Counted from the first letter of the whole stretch, positions 38,601-53,082 are shown. The stretch is DNA of 62,423 nucleotides, filler included, from Basidiobolus ranarum (GCA_040143965.1; 20 parts of 20 records of this genome joined end to end with filler, not necessarily neighbours in it); one strand, 5' to 3'. The notes: generated by a model from the letters alone, not told the origin. Program-made: numbers and translations.

Positions 38601-40535
38601 CCCTAACAAAAATAAAATCAATTCAATCTGGATTGGACCCACACTTCCACGTTGAAAAACCATCCAAGAACCATCACAATATCAGTGGTTTGCATTCTGC
38701 CAGGGATTTTAATGGTGTGATGGTGGTTTCTTGATAGTAATATGATGGTATTCATACATGTTAAAATATTGATCCTTATATTTGCATGTGTTATTAATTT
38801 CTGGAAATTTTTACAAAATATAATTTTTGATTGGCAAATTACTGGATTTACTCCTGCAGGAATTTGAATTAATATGCATGCCTTTATTAAGATATTTTAG
38901 GCTTTGTATTCCTGCCATAATGAGAACCAAAAAATACAAGATTCCCATTGTGTTCAGCCTCTATATGTGCACATACTTGACTGATCAGACATAACTCCAC
39001 AACATCAATATGCTTTACCAGCAAACTAACAGTTGAAAAATCACTAAACATCTGAAATTTACATAGTATTGAGACTTGGCAAATAGCTGACTTATGTTAC
39101 TGTTCACAACAAGAATATGCTCTTTGATTTTGGCTAATTTCCATAAAGAATTCAGCCAATATATCCCCAACTTGCAGTCAACAAATATCCTGCCACAAGT
39201 AGTGGTGTCACTACTTGAATAGATTGCCCCACGGCTAAAACAATAATACTCCATACCTTGAACAATCTCACCAAGAAGTCTCTCTTGCAGCTTTCCTAGA
39301 AATACCATCTGATTATTACACAAACAAATTAGTCCAATTAGAGAGGTACTTACTCTGTGTGCATGGATTGGGCTTTGTTGCTGTTTTTGTGCTCAAACAA
39401 TGCAAGAACCACTGAGCACATTGAAAAGAGCCCTTTGTTGGAAGGTTAATATAATCAGGAGTCTCCTTAACACATTGCATTACATCCATCACTGAGTTTG
39501 CTGATACATTATTAATCAGATTAGCATACCATAATACTGACAATTTCACATGGAGCATCATTTCACTGCAGGTGCTCTCCATTAGAAACTCCCAGAATGT
39601 ATAGCAAGAGCTTATGATCTCTAAGCATTGTGCAAGATGCAGCAGGGAATGTTTTGAATACTGGCATAGATGAAGTCTATCTTTGTCAAACCTGTGATAA
39701 AGTTTTCCATATCTAATTACAGAATCATTGCACAGTTGCTGTATCTGCCTAAGATCTGCCAATATGAGTTGATGCTGTAAGAATATATCAACAATATCCA
39801 CAAACAACTCCCAATGTTGCCAATCCTGATCAGGCTGAAATTTTTAGAAGATTCTACTAGAATATATACAAGTCCAATGCATCCAGTCTTTGCATTTGAA
39901 TAAATGCCTAGATGGGTGGAAATTGATGGGAATCCTGGTCAAATATGATGGTATGTTAACATTTTCAAGCATTTTCCAATTAATTCAAACTTTGCTCCTA
40001 TCTTGAATGGCTTATTCATACTGAATTTTCCACTATATAGCTGAGTAAGTAGTATTTGAATGTTGTTGAATAGTAACTGAATAGTGCCTAATGGTAAGCT
40101 CTGGCTCCAGGTGATCCCCTTTATCAATATAATCGTATGCTTATGGCTAATACCTAGTTTGATGTTAGACTGACTCCTTGGTGAATGGGTATCAGTGATC
40201 ATGTTGTAATCTGCCCGGGCTCTTGACCGCAAAATAATTGATTAGCTTTGTATTAGGAAAGTTGCAATGTGTATGCCTGATTGAGTATATTCCATTGATT
40301 CTGCAAAATCTACAGCAAGATAGTGGATTGCACCTGCAAAAACCTCCAAGTGTACTGATTGCAGGAGTGTCACCAATACATACAATGATATTAGCTTGAA
40401 TAAAATATTCACCCATCTGAACCCCATTAGATAATTGTTCAAAATCAGCAATCAAAGGCTCCAAGTAGCTATCTATGAGTACTGGTGATTTAGGTCCAGA
40501 TATGATGGATAGTATTCAAATATTAAGCTTCTTAT
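38601..40535 (-). mobile_element. CACTA element, reverse: right TIR plus transposase pseudogene, cut by an LTR A at 40536
   Basis: CCCTAACAAAAAT at 38601. GDTPAIS..GGFC..CCRFC and HSLLHLAQCLE motifs. Confidence 0.9.
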
Positions 40536-40705
40536 TGTTAAACGATTTGGGAGCCTGTTGGAAGTGGTTTGGAGAATTAGAGGAATTGGTGGCTTTCACT
40601 TATTGNNNNNNNNNNNNNNNNNNNNNNNNNNNNNNNNNNNNNNNNNNNNTTAATTAATTAANNNNNNNNNNNNNNNNNNNNNNNNNNNNNNNNNNNNNNN
40701 NNNNN

Positions 40706-41159
40706 TTATTTATTGTAATACTGAAAACATGCTTGCAGATATACTAACAAAACCACTCAAAACTTCTAGCTTTGAGAAGTTAAGAGCAGGAAAAGGCATT
40801 AGTGAATATAAGCACAATGCTGAATAAGAATTAAGGGAAGGTGTTGGATAATTAATCTGTATTTAACATCATAGTTAACTTTAGTTATGATACATATATC
40901 AGAAACAGAAAGCAACATATCTACAGCCCCTATATTTTAAATAGGAATATCTCTATATCTATATAACAAGTATGTCTTATTACCCCCACTTATCTACTAT
41001 ATCTTATTACACAAACTCCTGAATAGCTCAAACAATTGATTTACTTTTCTACTATATAAGTCACTATATACTCTTAAGAATAAACTACCTAAAAACACAC
41101 TATCATAAGTTGCTTCTAATACTCAAAGTCTACCCCCATTATGTCTAGATCCTCCAACA
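40706..41159 (+). mobile_element. Copia family C 3' end: RNase H end, PPT and LTR (40842-41159)
   Basis: MLADILTKPL, PPT AAGGGAAGG, TGTTGG...CCAACA. Confidence 0.9.
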
Positions 41160-41884
41160 GATACACATATTCTTATGAGAATCAGGATCTAATTGGGATT
41201 AGTGATGCAGATTGGGGATGTGATATTAAGGACAGAAGACCTATCACTGCATATAGATTTCTCTATGGTGAAGCAGCCATATCTTGGAATAGCAAGAAAC
41301 AACCCACTCTAGCACTTTCAACAACTGAAGCAGAGTACATGGCAGCATCACATACAACAAAGGAGGCTATGTGGTTAAGGAAACTGGTCAAAGACTTGGG
41401 CATTTTTCAAAGCTCACCCACCATAATTTTCAAGAATAATCAAAGTTGTATTTCTTTAGCTAAAAATCCCAAATTTCATGCTGGAAGTAAGCACATTGAC
41501 ATTCAACATTACTTTATTAGGGAAGCTATTGAGAATAAGCATGTCCAATTAGAGTACTGTTCAACTGAGGACATGATTGCTGACATCCTTACCAAACCAT
41601 TACCCTAGCCCAAATTTGAAGTATTGAGATTTAAGTTACAATTCAGATATATGAATATTTAGTTGAGTAGGAGTGTTGAAGTTTATTGATTTTATCATAT
41701 TTGTTATCTCTATCTTTATACACCTAGCTATTTCATATATCACATATCACTTAACTGAAAATTGGAATACATGTTATACATATATGTGAATAATGTAAGA
41801 ATTAGCAATTCCATATAGCAAATTTCAAACTTGTCCATATTGCCCCAAAAAAAGCTCATTTTACTCCCACAGATGTTCTGAACA
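41160..41884 (+). mobile_element. Copia RNase H with PPT and short LTR family D (41674-~41884)
   Basis: SDADW, ISWNSKKQ, STTEAEY, KHIDIQHYFIRE and ADILTKPL. GAGTAGGAG precedes TGTTG. A reverse fragment of this LTR lies near 48340-48390. Confidence 0.85.
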
Positions 41885-43726
41885 CAATCCCAGTGTTAGT
41901 TTTCTGTATTTCCACCAAAATATATAAATGCTTTATTGCTGGACAGTAAATAATTATCTCACACAGCTGTTCCCAACTCTGCTCTTCTAAAGTTCCTCCA
42001 AACAGCCCATATTCTCCCACTACATCTTATAATCCTTGGTATATCATGGCTCAGGCAGCACAACCCAGTAATTACCTGGAAGAAGAAGATTATCATGTTC
42101 AAGCAAGTTCCACCTTTTAGTCCATCTTTGCCAACCTGCAAAGTATCCAACTCATTATCAGCCCAAATCCTCAAAACATATACAAAGCCGATTTCTACAA
42201 ATAATGATGCTGAAGAGCTGAAGCTGACAGAATTATAGTTCCTAAACTCTCACCTATATACTTAGCCTTTGCTGATGTCTTTACCAAGAAGAAATCTTAT
42301 ATACCTCCAACTCACAACACTTACAATTGCTCTATAGACCTACAGGAAGGAAAACAACCATAATGTGGGCCTATCTATAGGCTGACCCAGCCAGAACTCA
42401 ACATTTGGAGAAGTATATAGCAGAGAATCTGAAGAAAGAATATATCTAACATTCAAAGTCCCTGGAAGGGTATCCAATCTTATTTGTTAAGAAAAAGGAT
42501 GGATCCCTCCATCACCGCATTGATTATCAAGGCATACATGGCATTAGAGTCAAAAATTGGTACCCCTTGCCATTAATTAACTTCCTCTTGGATCAGCTTG
42601 CTGCAGCTAAGGTATTTACAAAAACTGACTCAAGTGGTGCCTACAATCTTATAAGAATCAAACCAGGAGACCAATGGAAAGCAACTTTTTAAACTTGTTA
42701 TGGACACTTTGAATACAATATCAAGCCATTTAGACTTATCAATGCTCCTGCAGTCTTCTAACACATGATGAAGGATATCTTCAAAGAGTACCTTGACCAG
42801 TGTGTGGTGATATACCTTGATGATATCTTAATCTTCTCAAACTCTCAAGAAGAACATAGGGTTCATGTTTCCCAAGTCCTGGAAAATTTGAAAACCTCTG
42901 GTCTCTATGCTAAACTTGAGAAATATGAATTTGACCAAGCTCAAGTTGAATTCCTTGAATATAAAATCAGCCCATTAGTCTTCTTCATGAACCCCAAGAA
43001 GGTCAAATCTGTTCTGTTTTGGGATACTGCCAAGAATGTGAGGATGTCCAATCTTTCCTTGGATTTGAAAATTTTTACCAATGGTTTATCCAAAACTACT
43101 ACAAAATATATACCCCATTAGCAAACTTTACCAAGAAAGACCTTCTATTTGATAGGAAATTATCTTGCCATGAAGCATTTGTAACTTTAAAGAATGATTT
43201 TACCATGGCACAAATTCTGATGCACCCTGAACTAGACAGGCCATCCATTGTTGAAACAACACATCTGACTTTGCTCTAGGAGCAGTACTACTGCAGCATG
43301 GTGACCCCAATTTACTGCACCCTATTGCTTTTACTCAAGAAAGTTTTCTGCAGCAGAAATCAACTATGCCATCTACAACAAGGAGCTGTTAGCAATGATT
43401 GCTGCATTGGAACAATAGTGACAATACTTGGCTGGAGCAAATCATACAATTACAGTCTATTGTGTTGATAGGAGTCTTCAGTACTTTAGTACAACCAAAA
43501 TTCTCAACTGCTGTCAAGCAAGATAGACATTATTTCTTGCCAATATTGATTTTGTGATTGCATGTTGACCAGGTATCTAGCAAGAAAAACTGGACACCTT
43601 ATCATGTGGAGTAGAATATCAGCCTAAAGAAGGAGTTGAGGCCTTTTGCCAACAAATACTTTCCTAATGAAGCCCCACCAACTTCATATTAATGCAACTG
43701 CCCTTTCTCTGCCTAGTTCAGGCACA
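41885..43726 (+). mobile_element. Degenerate Ty3/gypsy pol (protease end, RT, RNase H), Tf2-like
   Basis: ILGISWLRQHNP, FVKKKDGS, YPLPLI, GAYNLIRI, VIYLDDILIFS and NYAIYNKELLA motifs. Confidence 0.93.
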
Positions 43727-46700
43727 NNNNNNNNNNNNNNNNNNNNNNNNNNNNNNNNNNNNNNNNNNNNTTAATTAATTAANNNNNNNNNNNNNNNNNN
43801 NNNNNNNNNNNNNNNNNNNNNNNNNNTTTTCTTTTGCCATGTGTCTCCACTTCTCTCAGGTTATTTTGGCGATCGTCCCATTTATTTTATGGAATGCCTA
43901 ATTGATTTCTTTGATTCGTCTCATTTTAGATTAAAACACTGTATGACTTGGGTTGTCAGTAGGTTTCTAGAATCAACTAGAGAGTATTACTCAACTGATC
44001 TGTTAGCTAATTTAATGTATGTATGACATGATTCCAACAATCAACGATTGATGTACTATAGGAAGCTATTCTGGCATAATACTAGGGTTATATAATAATA
44101 ATCAACTGGGTATGTTACATATTCAACCAAGGGTTGGATGGGATATTGATATGATTAGGAGTATTGGTGCTAAAGTAAGAAATTTCCGAATGCTCGCGGA
44201 TCAAGATGATGTATTATGTCTTATATGCAGCCATTTTCACAATTAGCATTGTATAAGCTTGTGAGGCACATTCACATTCACCGGGTAGGTGATCCTCACC
44301 GAAGGATCATGGGTATTATTGGTCTTCGACTGTGCCATTTTAACATCGCATACATAATGCTCAACCTTGGCTGCACGTACTAGCTCCTTACCAGCGTTGA
44401 CCAGCACAGAGTCTTTAAAGATGTGACCGTAAGAAAGTTGGATGTATCCAGAACTAGCTTTAACATTAACTGAGATGTTCTCCATTTCTAAACCTTTGGT
44501 GAGAATAATAGTATGTGCTGAGGCTATTGCTGATCTAGGAGTGTAATTAAGTGAATATCTGTTCCAAAGCCCTTGCTTTATATATGATGTTCCCCCAAGT
44601 AACATCATGAAGTACATTTCAAATTAGTCTTACCGAAATGTAGGTATTTTGGGACTAAATTCAGGGAGATTACCGCAATTTCCTATGGGTAATAGGGGAA
44701 CTGTTCCTCTGCATAGTAATGTTTATTTATATTGCGACCAAAGTTAATTCCAGTTTAATCCCAAATATCATAATCACTGAGGGACCTTTGACTATCAAAT
44801 TGTGATTCTAGAAGCGGCTAAAGTTCAGACTCCAATGGATGAAGTTGATCAGGTGGTAGATCATACCGAATCGCCTTTGTCCTTCTCCGAATGTAATTTC
44901 CTCTATTTCACCTATTGCCAGTTCAATTTCAAGTCCTGTGAACCACAACATGGTCTCGACCTCTAAACCTCTCACTACCCCTTATTCCTAGTGACGAATG
45001 ACCGTTGACAAGGAGTGTAAGAAAAATATCAACTCATCTCAATCCAAATGCTAAGCAGCATCGGTTGCATCAAATCGCACTGAGTAACCAAAACATCACA
45101 CTCCTCAGTTCTAATGAACTCCAGCGTATATAAAAGTTGAAACAATCGTGTGGATTTAGAAAGGATTCTTGACGATCATTAGCACTAGATCACGAATCTA
45201 GAGAATATCAAGGTTTCGGATCACTAACCAATGTTTCCCACGTACAGTGTTTTATGATTGAGTTAGCCTTCTGGACGCCCTACGAGCAGTGCCTCAGACA
45301 AAGCAAATTGAATTGGATGGTTTAAGTTAAACGGAATTCAATTGATTTGATAGATGCAGTCATACATTTAAACGCACGGAAACCATCATCCATTAAAAGA
45401 AAGATCATTTCGAAAGAAAACCTCCACCCGGGTCAAATGCTTGGATTTCAACCGGGCCAGTACCGGCATATGATTGAGTGTTAAAAATAGGTTTCCCACC
45501 CAGCCAGCCTCTCTTGTTTTAGTTGTGCGGAAAAATCAATAAATATGGTGTAACTTGAAGTCATTAAGGCTGTGGGTAAATTATTAAATTAGCCTCTAAT
45601 AAGGATGACCCAAAAAGCTGTGAATAACAATAAACCGTTCAAACTTTATCCAGACGATGTCTCACTCCAAAACTTGATGAGCTCCCATCTAGATATACCT
45701 TAGAAATTCAAACAAATCCCATTTGAACTGAGGATTAAGAACATAGGGAGAATACCAGTCAAGCGAGCGGTGTTATTACTGTGCTTCACCACTTCTCCGT
45801 AAATGTCGAATAGATAAATCGTTAAAATCGCCTTCATGAGGTCTCCACAGAGTCACTCCAAATTTAGTAAGCAGACTATTGAGGCCCTTTTAGAGCAGTG
45901 GTAAGAATTTCTACCAAGCATCCTTCACGCTCTCCGAAATCGGCTTTCCAGTATTCAGTTAGACTACCCATCTGCTGTGGGTTCTACTTGCTTGCATCAA
46001 AGGTCCATTGCTAGTTGGTTTCTCAACGCACGCATTATTCTGCCTGTTGGCAAATCTGTTTCTCTAATAATAGCCATTCCGTGCCAATCCACAGGTTGGC
46101 TGACGGCTTTGCAATACCTCCATTTAGACCCAACACATCAGATATGAAAGGAATCTCCATAGTGCTGGATTGCTGTAGTCACACTCTAATTCCATCTGGC
46201 TTCTATGGTTGGGTTGGCTAAATATGTGTCACAAAGAAATCTGTTGGCTTTTTGTCACTTGTCAACAGCGAAGTCGGACCTCGATGTATAGTTGTACCAT
46301 TAAGCCCTTTGATTTACTTGCCCCCTATGCAGGTAACGAGTAATGTTGTAAGTTAGAAACAAGACAAGGTCAAATAGGCCATTCATTGAACTGGCATTGT
46401 TGGCCGATATGCACTTCATCTGGCTGGTGATGGTGATCGCACTTAGGATCGAGCCTGGATGCATCTATATGCTGAGTCACATATATGATTAAAACACTGT
46501 AAATCAATGCATCCTACTATACAATGTTGGTGAAGAAACCGGCGGCTAATATATATTGTCACAAAGACGATTTGCAGCAGGGCGCGATAGCACAAACTTT
46601 AACTATAAGCTGCGCACCTGTTTCAGCTGTGGTGGTAATGGAAGCCATAATGGCTATTAAAAGAATATTTCTCTCCTCAGTCTAAATGGTCACAGATCAT

Positions 46701-47029
46701 AGCTGCCAATGGAAGGGTTTTGCAGCCGATACCGATATCAGAGCTAGGTATGTTTTCCTTTCCAAGAAGTTTTTACTTTATCTATATGTTTAACTAACCC
46801 TAACTTTAACAGAAACTAGCTTTTCACAATCACCCAACACCTATCANNNNNNNNNNNNNNNNNNNNNNNNNNNNNNNNNNNNNNNNNNNNTTAATTAATT
46901 AANNNNNNNNNNNNNNNNNNNNNNNNNNNNNNNNNNNNNNNNNNNNACTGATAACAAATCATCAAATAGTAAGTCTAACAGAAAACTTGGGAGAAGCTGG
47001 AAACCTATTATTTTATTGCCAAATCAGAT

Positions 47030-48200
47030 CCATTGTAGCCTGAGCTTCCCATTGGGCACTATGCACATACTATTCAACAACATTCCAATACCACTTACTC
47101 AGCTATAAAGTGGAAAATTCATTCCGAACAAGCCAATTGAGATAGGTTCAAAGTTGAATTGATTGGGGTAATGCTTGAAAATGTCAAGATACAATCAGGT
47201 TTTACTAGGACTCCCACCAATATCTACCCATCTAGGCAGTTTTTCTAATGCAGGGACTGGAAGTAATAGAGTTGAGCACACTCCAGTGGAATCTTCAAAA
47301 AAGTTATGCCTGTTGAGCATCGACAACATTGGGAGTTGTTTGTGGATATTTTTAATATATTCTTACAGCATCAATTCACATTGACAGATCTCAAGCAGAT
47401 AGAGCTGCTGTGAAAAGAATTTGTAATTCACTATGAAAAACTTTATTACAAGTTTAAGAAAATAGACTGAATCTATTCAAATATTACATTCATTCCCTGC
47501 TGCATTTTCAATAATCCTTGGAGATTGTAGCACCTTGCTATACATGCTGGCAGTTCTGAACAGGGCATACCAGTGGTGAAATGATGCTCTGTGTAAAATT
47601 GTCAATATTACCAAATGCTAATCTGATTAACAATGTGTCAGCAAAATTAGTAATTGATGAGAGGCAATGTGATAAGGTGACTCCAGACTAAAATAACCTT
47701 CTAGCACAAGGCACTTTTCATTATGCTCATAGTTTTGCATGTTTGAGGACAATAACAGCAACAAAGCCCAATCTACAGGCTCAGAGTAAATATCTCTATA
47801 ATTTGGACTAATTTGTTTGTGTGATAATCTGACATTATATGTAGGAAAGCTGCATGCCAGACTTCTTGGTGTGAAAGAGTGAGATATGCAATATTAATGT
47901 TTTGGCCAGGGGGTAATCTATTCAAGCAATGACTGATCTATTTGTTGTGGAACATTTGTTGGCTGCAACTTGAGGATATTTTGGCTAAATTTCATATGGA
48001 GGCTTGCCAAAGTCAAGATTATATTCTCTTTGTCAGGATAACAAGAGACAGCTATTAGCCAAGGGTCAGCACTACTCCAACTTTCAGGTGTTTAGAAATT
48101 TTTTCATCATAAGTTTGTTGGTAAAGCATATTAATGATTCTGAGTTATGTATGATAAAGTCACAAATATGCATGTGTAGAAACTACACTATTGAGAACAT
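47030..48200 (+). mobile_element. Degenerate CACTA transposase 3' half
   Basis: Collinear with ~19670-20830 (FPLGTMHILFNNI). Confidence 0.85.
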
Positions 48201-48599
48201 ATGAGCTGTTTGAAGGAGCTTGGGAAAATGGAGTTGTGATTAGCTCGTAAGATAATAATTTATTGTCCTGAAATAAAGCATATATACATTTTAGTGGATG
48301 CACAGAAAAGTAACACTGGTGTTATGTTCATAACATCTATGGGAGTAAAATGATCTACCTTTGGGGCAATTTGGACAAGTTTGAAATTTCCAGTAGAAAA
48401 CTGCTGATTTGTTTGCAACTCCTAGAAATGGAACCTTTACTACAGAGCAGGGTGTGTTCATTGATAGATCTTTTGTCCTTAGTATCACATTCCCATTCTG
48501 CATCAGTTACCCCTTAAGAAAATGTTTCTCCTAATCCCACATCAATTTTCCCATTCAACTATCTGAAAATCCACTTGACTGCTGAATAATGCTCTGGTC

Positions 48600-49160
48600 C
48601 TTGGTTTTGCACATGTTGGCTGACAAATCACACTGCCAAAGAGATATCTAGCCATATTCTAGTCATATGCTAGACCAAAGCACCAGGCCCATTATTATCA
48701 TTTTTGATAGGATTTTTGACTAATTCCACAACTGGATCTATGTGGGTTGCTAATTGCTCACATTCCCCGAATTGAACTAAAAGAACTTCTGTGGTGTTCC
48801 TGAGAGCTTCATATTTATCAGCAGTTACAATCAAATCAACTACATTTAAGGCAAGGATCACCTTGCTGAGACTGTTTTAATATCCATTTAGTGGATTTTA
48901 AGGCTATGTTTTGATGATGCCACTTGTATGACTATGATAGAATGAAACTTTTCAACAGGAGTAAATGCCTCATTAGAATCTAACACTTGTGCTTGAGGCT
49001 ATTTTTTAGCCACAAGTCTGGCTCTATACCTTTCTACTATTCCATCAGCTTGCTGTTTACCTATTAACACCCATTTGCATCTAAACAATTGTAAATCATT
49101 AGCCTCACCAATCTCCAAGCTTGGTTTACTATGATTGTTTCATACTCCTCTGCTGTTGTG
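48600..49160 (-). mobile_element. Internally deleted copia RT fragment
   Basis: Homologous to 17891-18709; CKWVL and ARLVAK motifs. Confidence 0.75.
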
Positions 49161-49538
49161 GTGTAGTTGTTTTAGATGCAAGCAGCAACAATACCTGCAA
49201 TAGCTAAATGGTTTTCTAAGGTGGCCAAAGGGCATGATATCAACAGTGAATAGCTTTGGTATGTACTGTAATATGGGTCTGACTCTTGCCTCCTGGGTCT
49301 GATGACAGCACCTAGGGGAGTTAGAAGTTTTTTGGATAAGATTTGGATTTGCAAATTAGTGACTTAAGTGTTATTAATTTTGATATGTTCTTTACATAGT
49401 TTACTATCAAACTGGACAGTTGAATGTGCTTAGTTCATAACAAACTTGCCTGCAAAGCATGGGGGAAAATTGAGGTGATTTGGAGAAGTTTGAGAAAACA
49501 GTCAACATTGGTCAAAGTGCTCAAGTTGTTATTTCAAT

Positions 49539-49889
49539 TGTTGAAATTAGGTAAATAGCAACTCATTATTTAGTAGTTAGTTTATTCATACTGTGATTAT
49601 TTTGCACTCAATTCTGCCATTCAACAATGTGTGTTTATTGCTCTATTTGATAGAAATATCTATTAGATCACTTTTACCAATTTTCACTATATTCTCAAAA
49701 CTTCTCCGAATCACCTCATATTGTCAAAAATGCTTAACAAGCGTGTTTGTTATGATCTAAGCATGTCCAATAGTTCTATTTCATAGTAAACTATTAATAG
49801 GACATATTCAATTCAATCAAACCTAAGTGTCTAATGCACAAATCCAAATCTGGTCCAAAACACTTCAAAACCCCTAAACACTTTTATCA
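49539..49889 (+). mobile_element. Solo LTR family B (351 bp) inserted into an inverted older LTR B (~49310-49965)
   Basis: TGTTG...TATCA with imperfect TSD TCAAT/TCTAT. Both flanks are reverse-complement LTR B sequence. Confidence 0.8.
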
Positions 49890-50067
49890 TCTATCAGTTA
49901 GAGCAAAAGACACATGTTGCTAAATAGCAGAATTGAGTGCTCAAGAATCAGAATATAAATAAACCNNNNNNNNNNNNNNNNNNNNNNNNNNNNNNNNNNN
50001 NNNNNNNNNTTAATTAATTAANNNNNNNNNNNNNNNNNNNNNNNNNNNNNNNNNNNNNNNNNNNNTT

Positions 50068-53000
50068 AGAGAGTTAGCAGCCATAGATCAAGCGAAGACT
50101 GCTTTTTTCAGCTCTTTCTCTCATGAGCTGCGTAAACCCCTTACTCTAATCTTGGGCCCGGCGAAGGACATATTGAGTGAGAAAGAAGTCGGAGCAGAAA
50201 CTAGGACAAAGGTGAAATTAATACACCGGAATGCTGAGAGATTACTGAGACTAGTTAACTTGCTGTTGGATTTTAGTAAAATTGAAGCTGGAAAAATGCA
50301 GGTACAATACTATTGTAGTGTGAAAGGAAAATCCTACACATATCGTAACGAAAATTCTTATCTCATTATAGGCTACGTTCCAGGAAACTTACTTGGGAAA
50401 ATTCACTACTGATCTTGCAAGTATGTTCCAATCAGCCATCGAAAAAGGAGGAGTTGAGTTCAACGTAAATTGTCGTGACTATGAGAGAACAGTATGGGTA
50501 GATCGTGATATGTGGGAGAAGATTGTATTCAATTTGATTGGGTACAGCATTTATTACGATTGACTCGTCCAAAAACCGGTACCATTAATGAAGCCCCTTG
50601 TTATTCTAGGAATGCGTTCAAGTTCACCATGGAGGGCTCCATCTCCATTTCACTCACACCATCAATTGATCAGAGCCACATAGTATTCTCTGTTGCGGAC
50701 ACAGGAAATGGAATACCACCACACGAGCTTCACCGTGTATTTGAGCGATTTCACCGAGTGGAAGGACGGCGAGGGCGAAGCCATGAGGGAACGGGTATTG
50801 GCCTTGCATTAACACAAGAACTCGTGAGGCTACACGGAGGAAGCGTTGAAGTGAGAAGCGAGTTTGGAAAAGGGAGGTAAGAAAGGATTTAAGATATGTT
50901 TGAGGCGTGATGCAGAGAAGTAATTGCGGCTTTTAGTGTGTTTTTAGTTCGGATTCCATTTGGTAACACTCATTTACCAGAGGATCGCCTCGCCAACATA
51001 TCTCCTGTTATAGAGGAAGACACAAACATGGACCATCCTTGTATGTATGGGCGCTCTTTCTTGGAGGAGGCAAATCATTGGTTGTCCTCAGACGAAGACT
51101 CAGAATTCCTCTCTAATTCGTCTGGCACAGAGTCCAGCTCTGGCTGTTCGATTGTTTTTCCGATGGCAAGCCGCGGATGTCGAGTATTGTTGGTGGAGGA
51201 TAACGTCGATATGCGTAGATATATTAGGAGTATTCTAGAGAAATGGTGGAAGGTAACTGAGGTATCAAATGGAGAGCAGGCATACCATATTGCTCTGTCC
51301 GATCCCCCCGATTTGATACTGAGTGATGTCATGATGCCCACTCTGGACGGATTTGGATTACTGAAGGTATTGCGCACGCAGCCATTGACCAAATTTATAC
51401 CAGCGATATTACTAAGCGCTCAGGCTGGCGAGGAAGCTCGGGTAGATGGGTTAAATGCAGGTGCCGACGACTACTTGGTAAAACCGTTTAGTGCTAAGGA
51501 GCTTATCGCTCGGGTGCATACCCATTTGGAGCTCGGAAAGCTAAGGTCTGAACTGGAGAGGATGGTCCAAGTGAGAACGAAAGAATTGACGGAGAGTGAG
51601 ATGAGATACAAGATGCTTGCCAGATTGAGCCCAGTTGGCATTTTCAGAGCAGATATAAATGTGAGTTGAGTTCGGCATTGAAAGATATGTAACTAACAAC
51701 TCGTCTCCACTCGCAGGGTAACGTCACATTTACAAATGATAAGTGGTGGGAGATATCTGGGCATGATCGAGTAGCAGATCCTACAGGCTCAAATTTCATG
51801 TCAAGTGTGCATCCGGAAGATGTAGAGTATGCTGCCAAAATGTGGCAGGAGTGTATTGATGAACATGTGGGTAAGACCATTGAGTTTCGATGGAAAGATA
51901 TTACTGGAGCAGTACGTTGGTGTCTTGGTAAGCCATATTTATGGTAAGAGATGGAGAGCTCGGGTGGTACCTTTAACTCACTCTAATTGCCTTTGAAATA
52001 CCAATAATGGTAAATAGGTGAGATGATAGTCCAGTTCGATGAAGATATGAATCCTTACGGTTTTGTTGGTGCTCTCACAGATCTAACTGAACGTAAGATG
52101 CTCGAAAAGGAGCGAATCTCTGCTGTTAAGTATGCGGAACAACAGCAGCGTCGTCGTGCTGAAGAGGCAGAGGAAGTGAAAAGACAACAGGAAATATACA
52201 TCGACATGACTTGTCATGAACTTCGAAATCCTCTAAATGGCATTTACCATAGTGCGGACTTGTTGCACGAGTCATTAGAGAAGGTTCAAAAAGAAGTTCG
52301 TAAAGCGAGTATAAAAAAAGTTTCAAGTTGGCTAGATAATGAGATATCTCGTGATCTTGAGGTTGTAGAGTCGATTACTCTGTGTGCGCAACATCAAAAG
52401 GTAGAAACCTTATATTTTGTAACATATCCTGGTGTAGGCATTGCTATGAGTAATACTGCTAGATAGAGACAGGATGCAACGACGAAGAGAAAAATAACTT
52501 TTGATATACTAATCCTATTATTTATTCGCAACTAGAAAATTGCCGACGATGTTCTTCACATGTCGAAGATTAACATGAATCTCCTAGTGCTCTCAAAGAC
52601 GAATATTCGTCCACACAATGTAGTTGCCGATGTCATACGGATGTTTGAAACAGAGGCTAAATTGAAAGAGATAGATTTGCAATTTGTTATAGATGAGGGC
52701 TATTCCCAGATGAATGTAGATTGGGTGAAAGGGGACCCAACACGGCTTACTCAGATCTTGTAAGTATATGAGAAATGTAAATAATGCTATTTGATTGATA
52801 ATTTATACTTACCACTGGCTACAATTGTAGAATCAATTTTTTAACAAATGCCATTCGCTTCACTGAGAGAGTGCCTTTCCGGCGAATAATCGTCACTCTT
52901 GATGCATTTGATGAAATCCCTCACTCTTCAGAAATCAGTAGGCCGTCATGTAATATGAATCAAAGAACAGCGTCACCGGAAGGGTATGGGGAGATACTCA

Positions 53001-53082
53001 ACTCGAGATCGGCTTCTCAGGTTGAAGAAACCCAGTCTCGAAGTGGGAGTTCCGTATTGACGTCAGAGAAAGAGGAGTTAAA
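50068..53082 (+). CDS. Dual hybrid histidine kinase (HisKA-HATPase-REC-PAS-HisKA-HATPase), partial at both ends
   Basis: H-box SHELRKPL, NLIGNAFKFT, DTGNGI, GTGIGL, receiver VEDN/DVMMP/KPF, PAS VHPED, second H-box CHELRNPL and NFLTNAIRFT. In-frame GT-AG introns at 50302-50371, 50542-50609, 50877-50936, 51661-51716, 51928-52017, 52401-52535 and 52760-52830. Confidence 0.95.
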
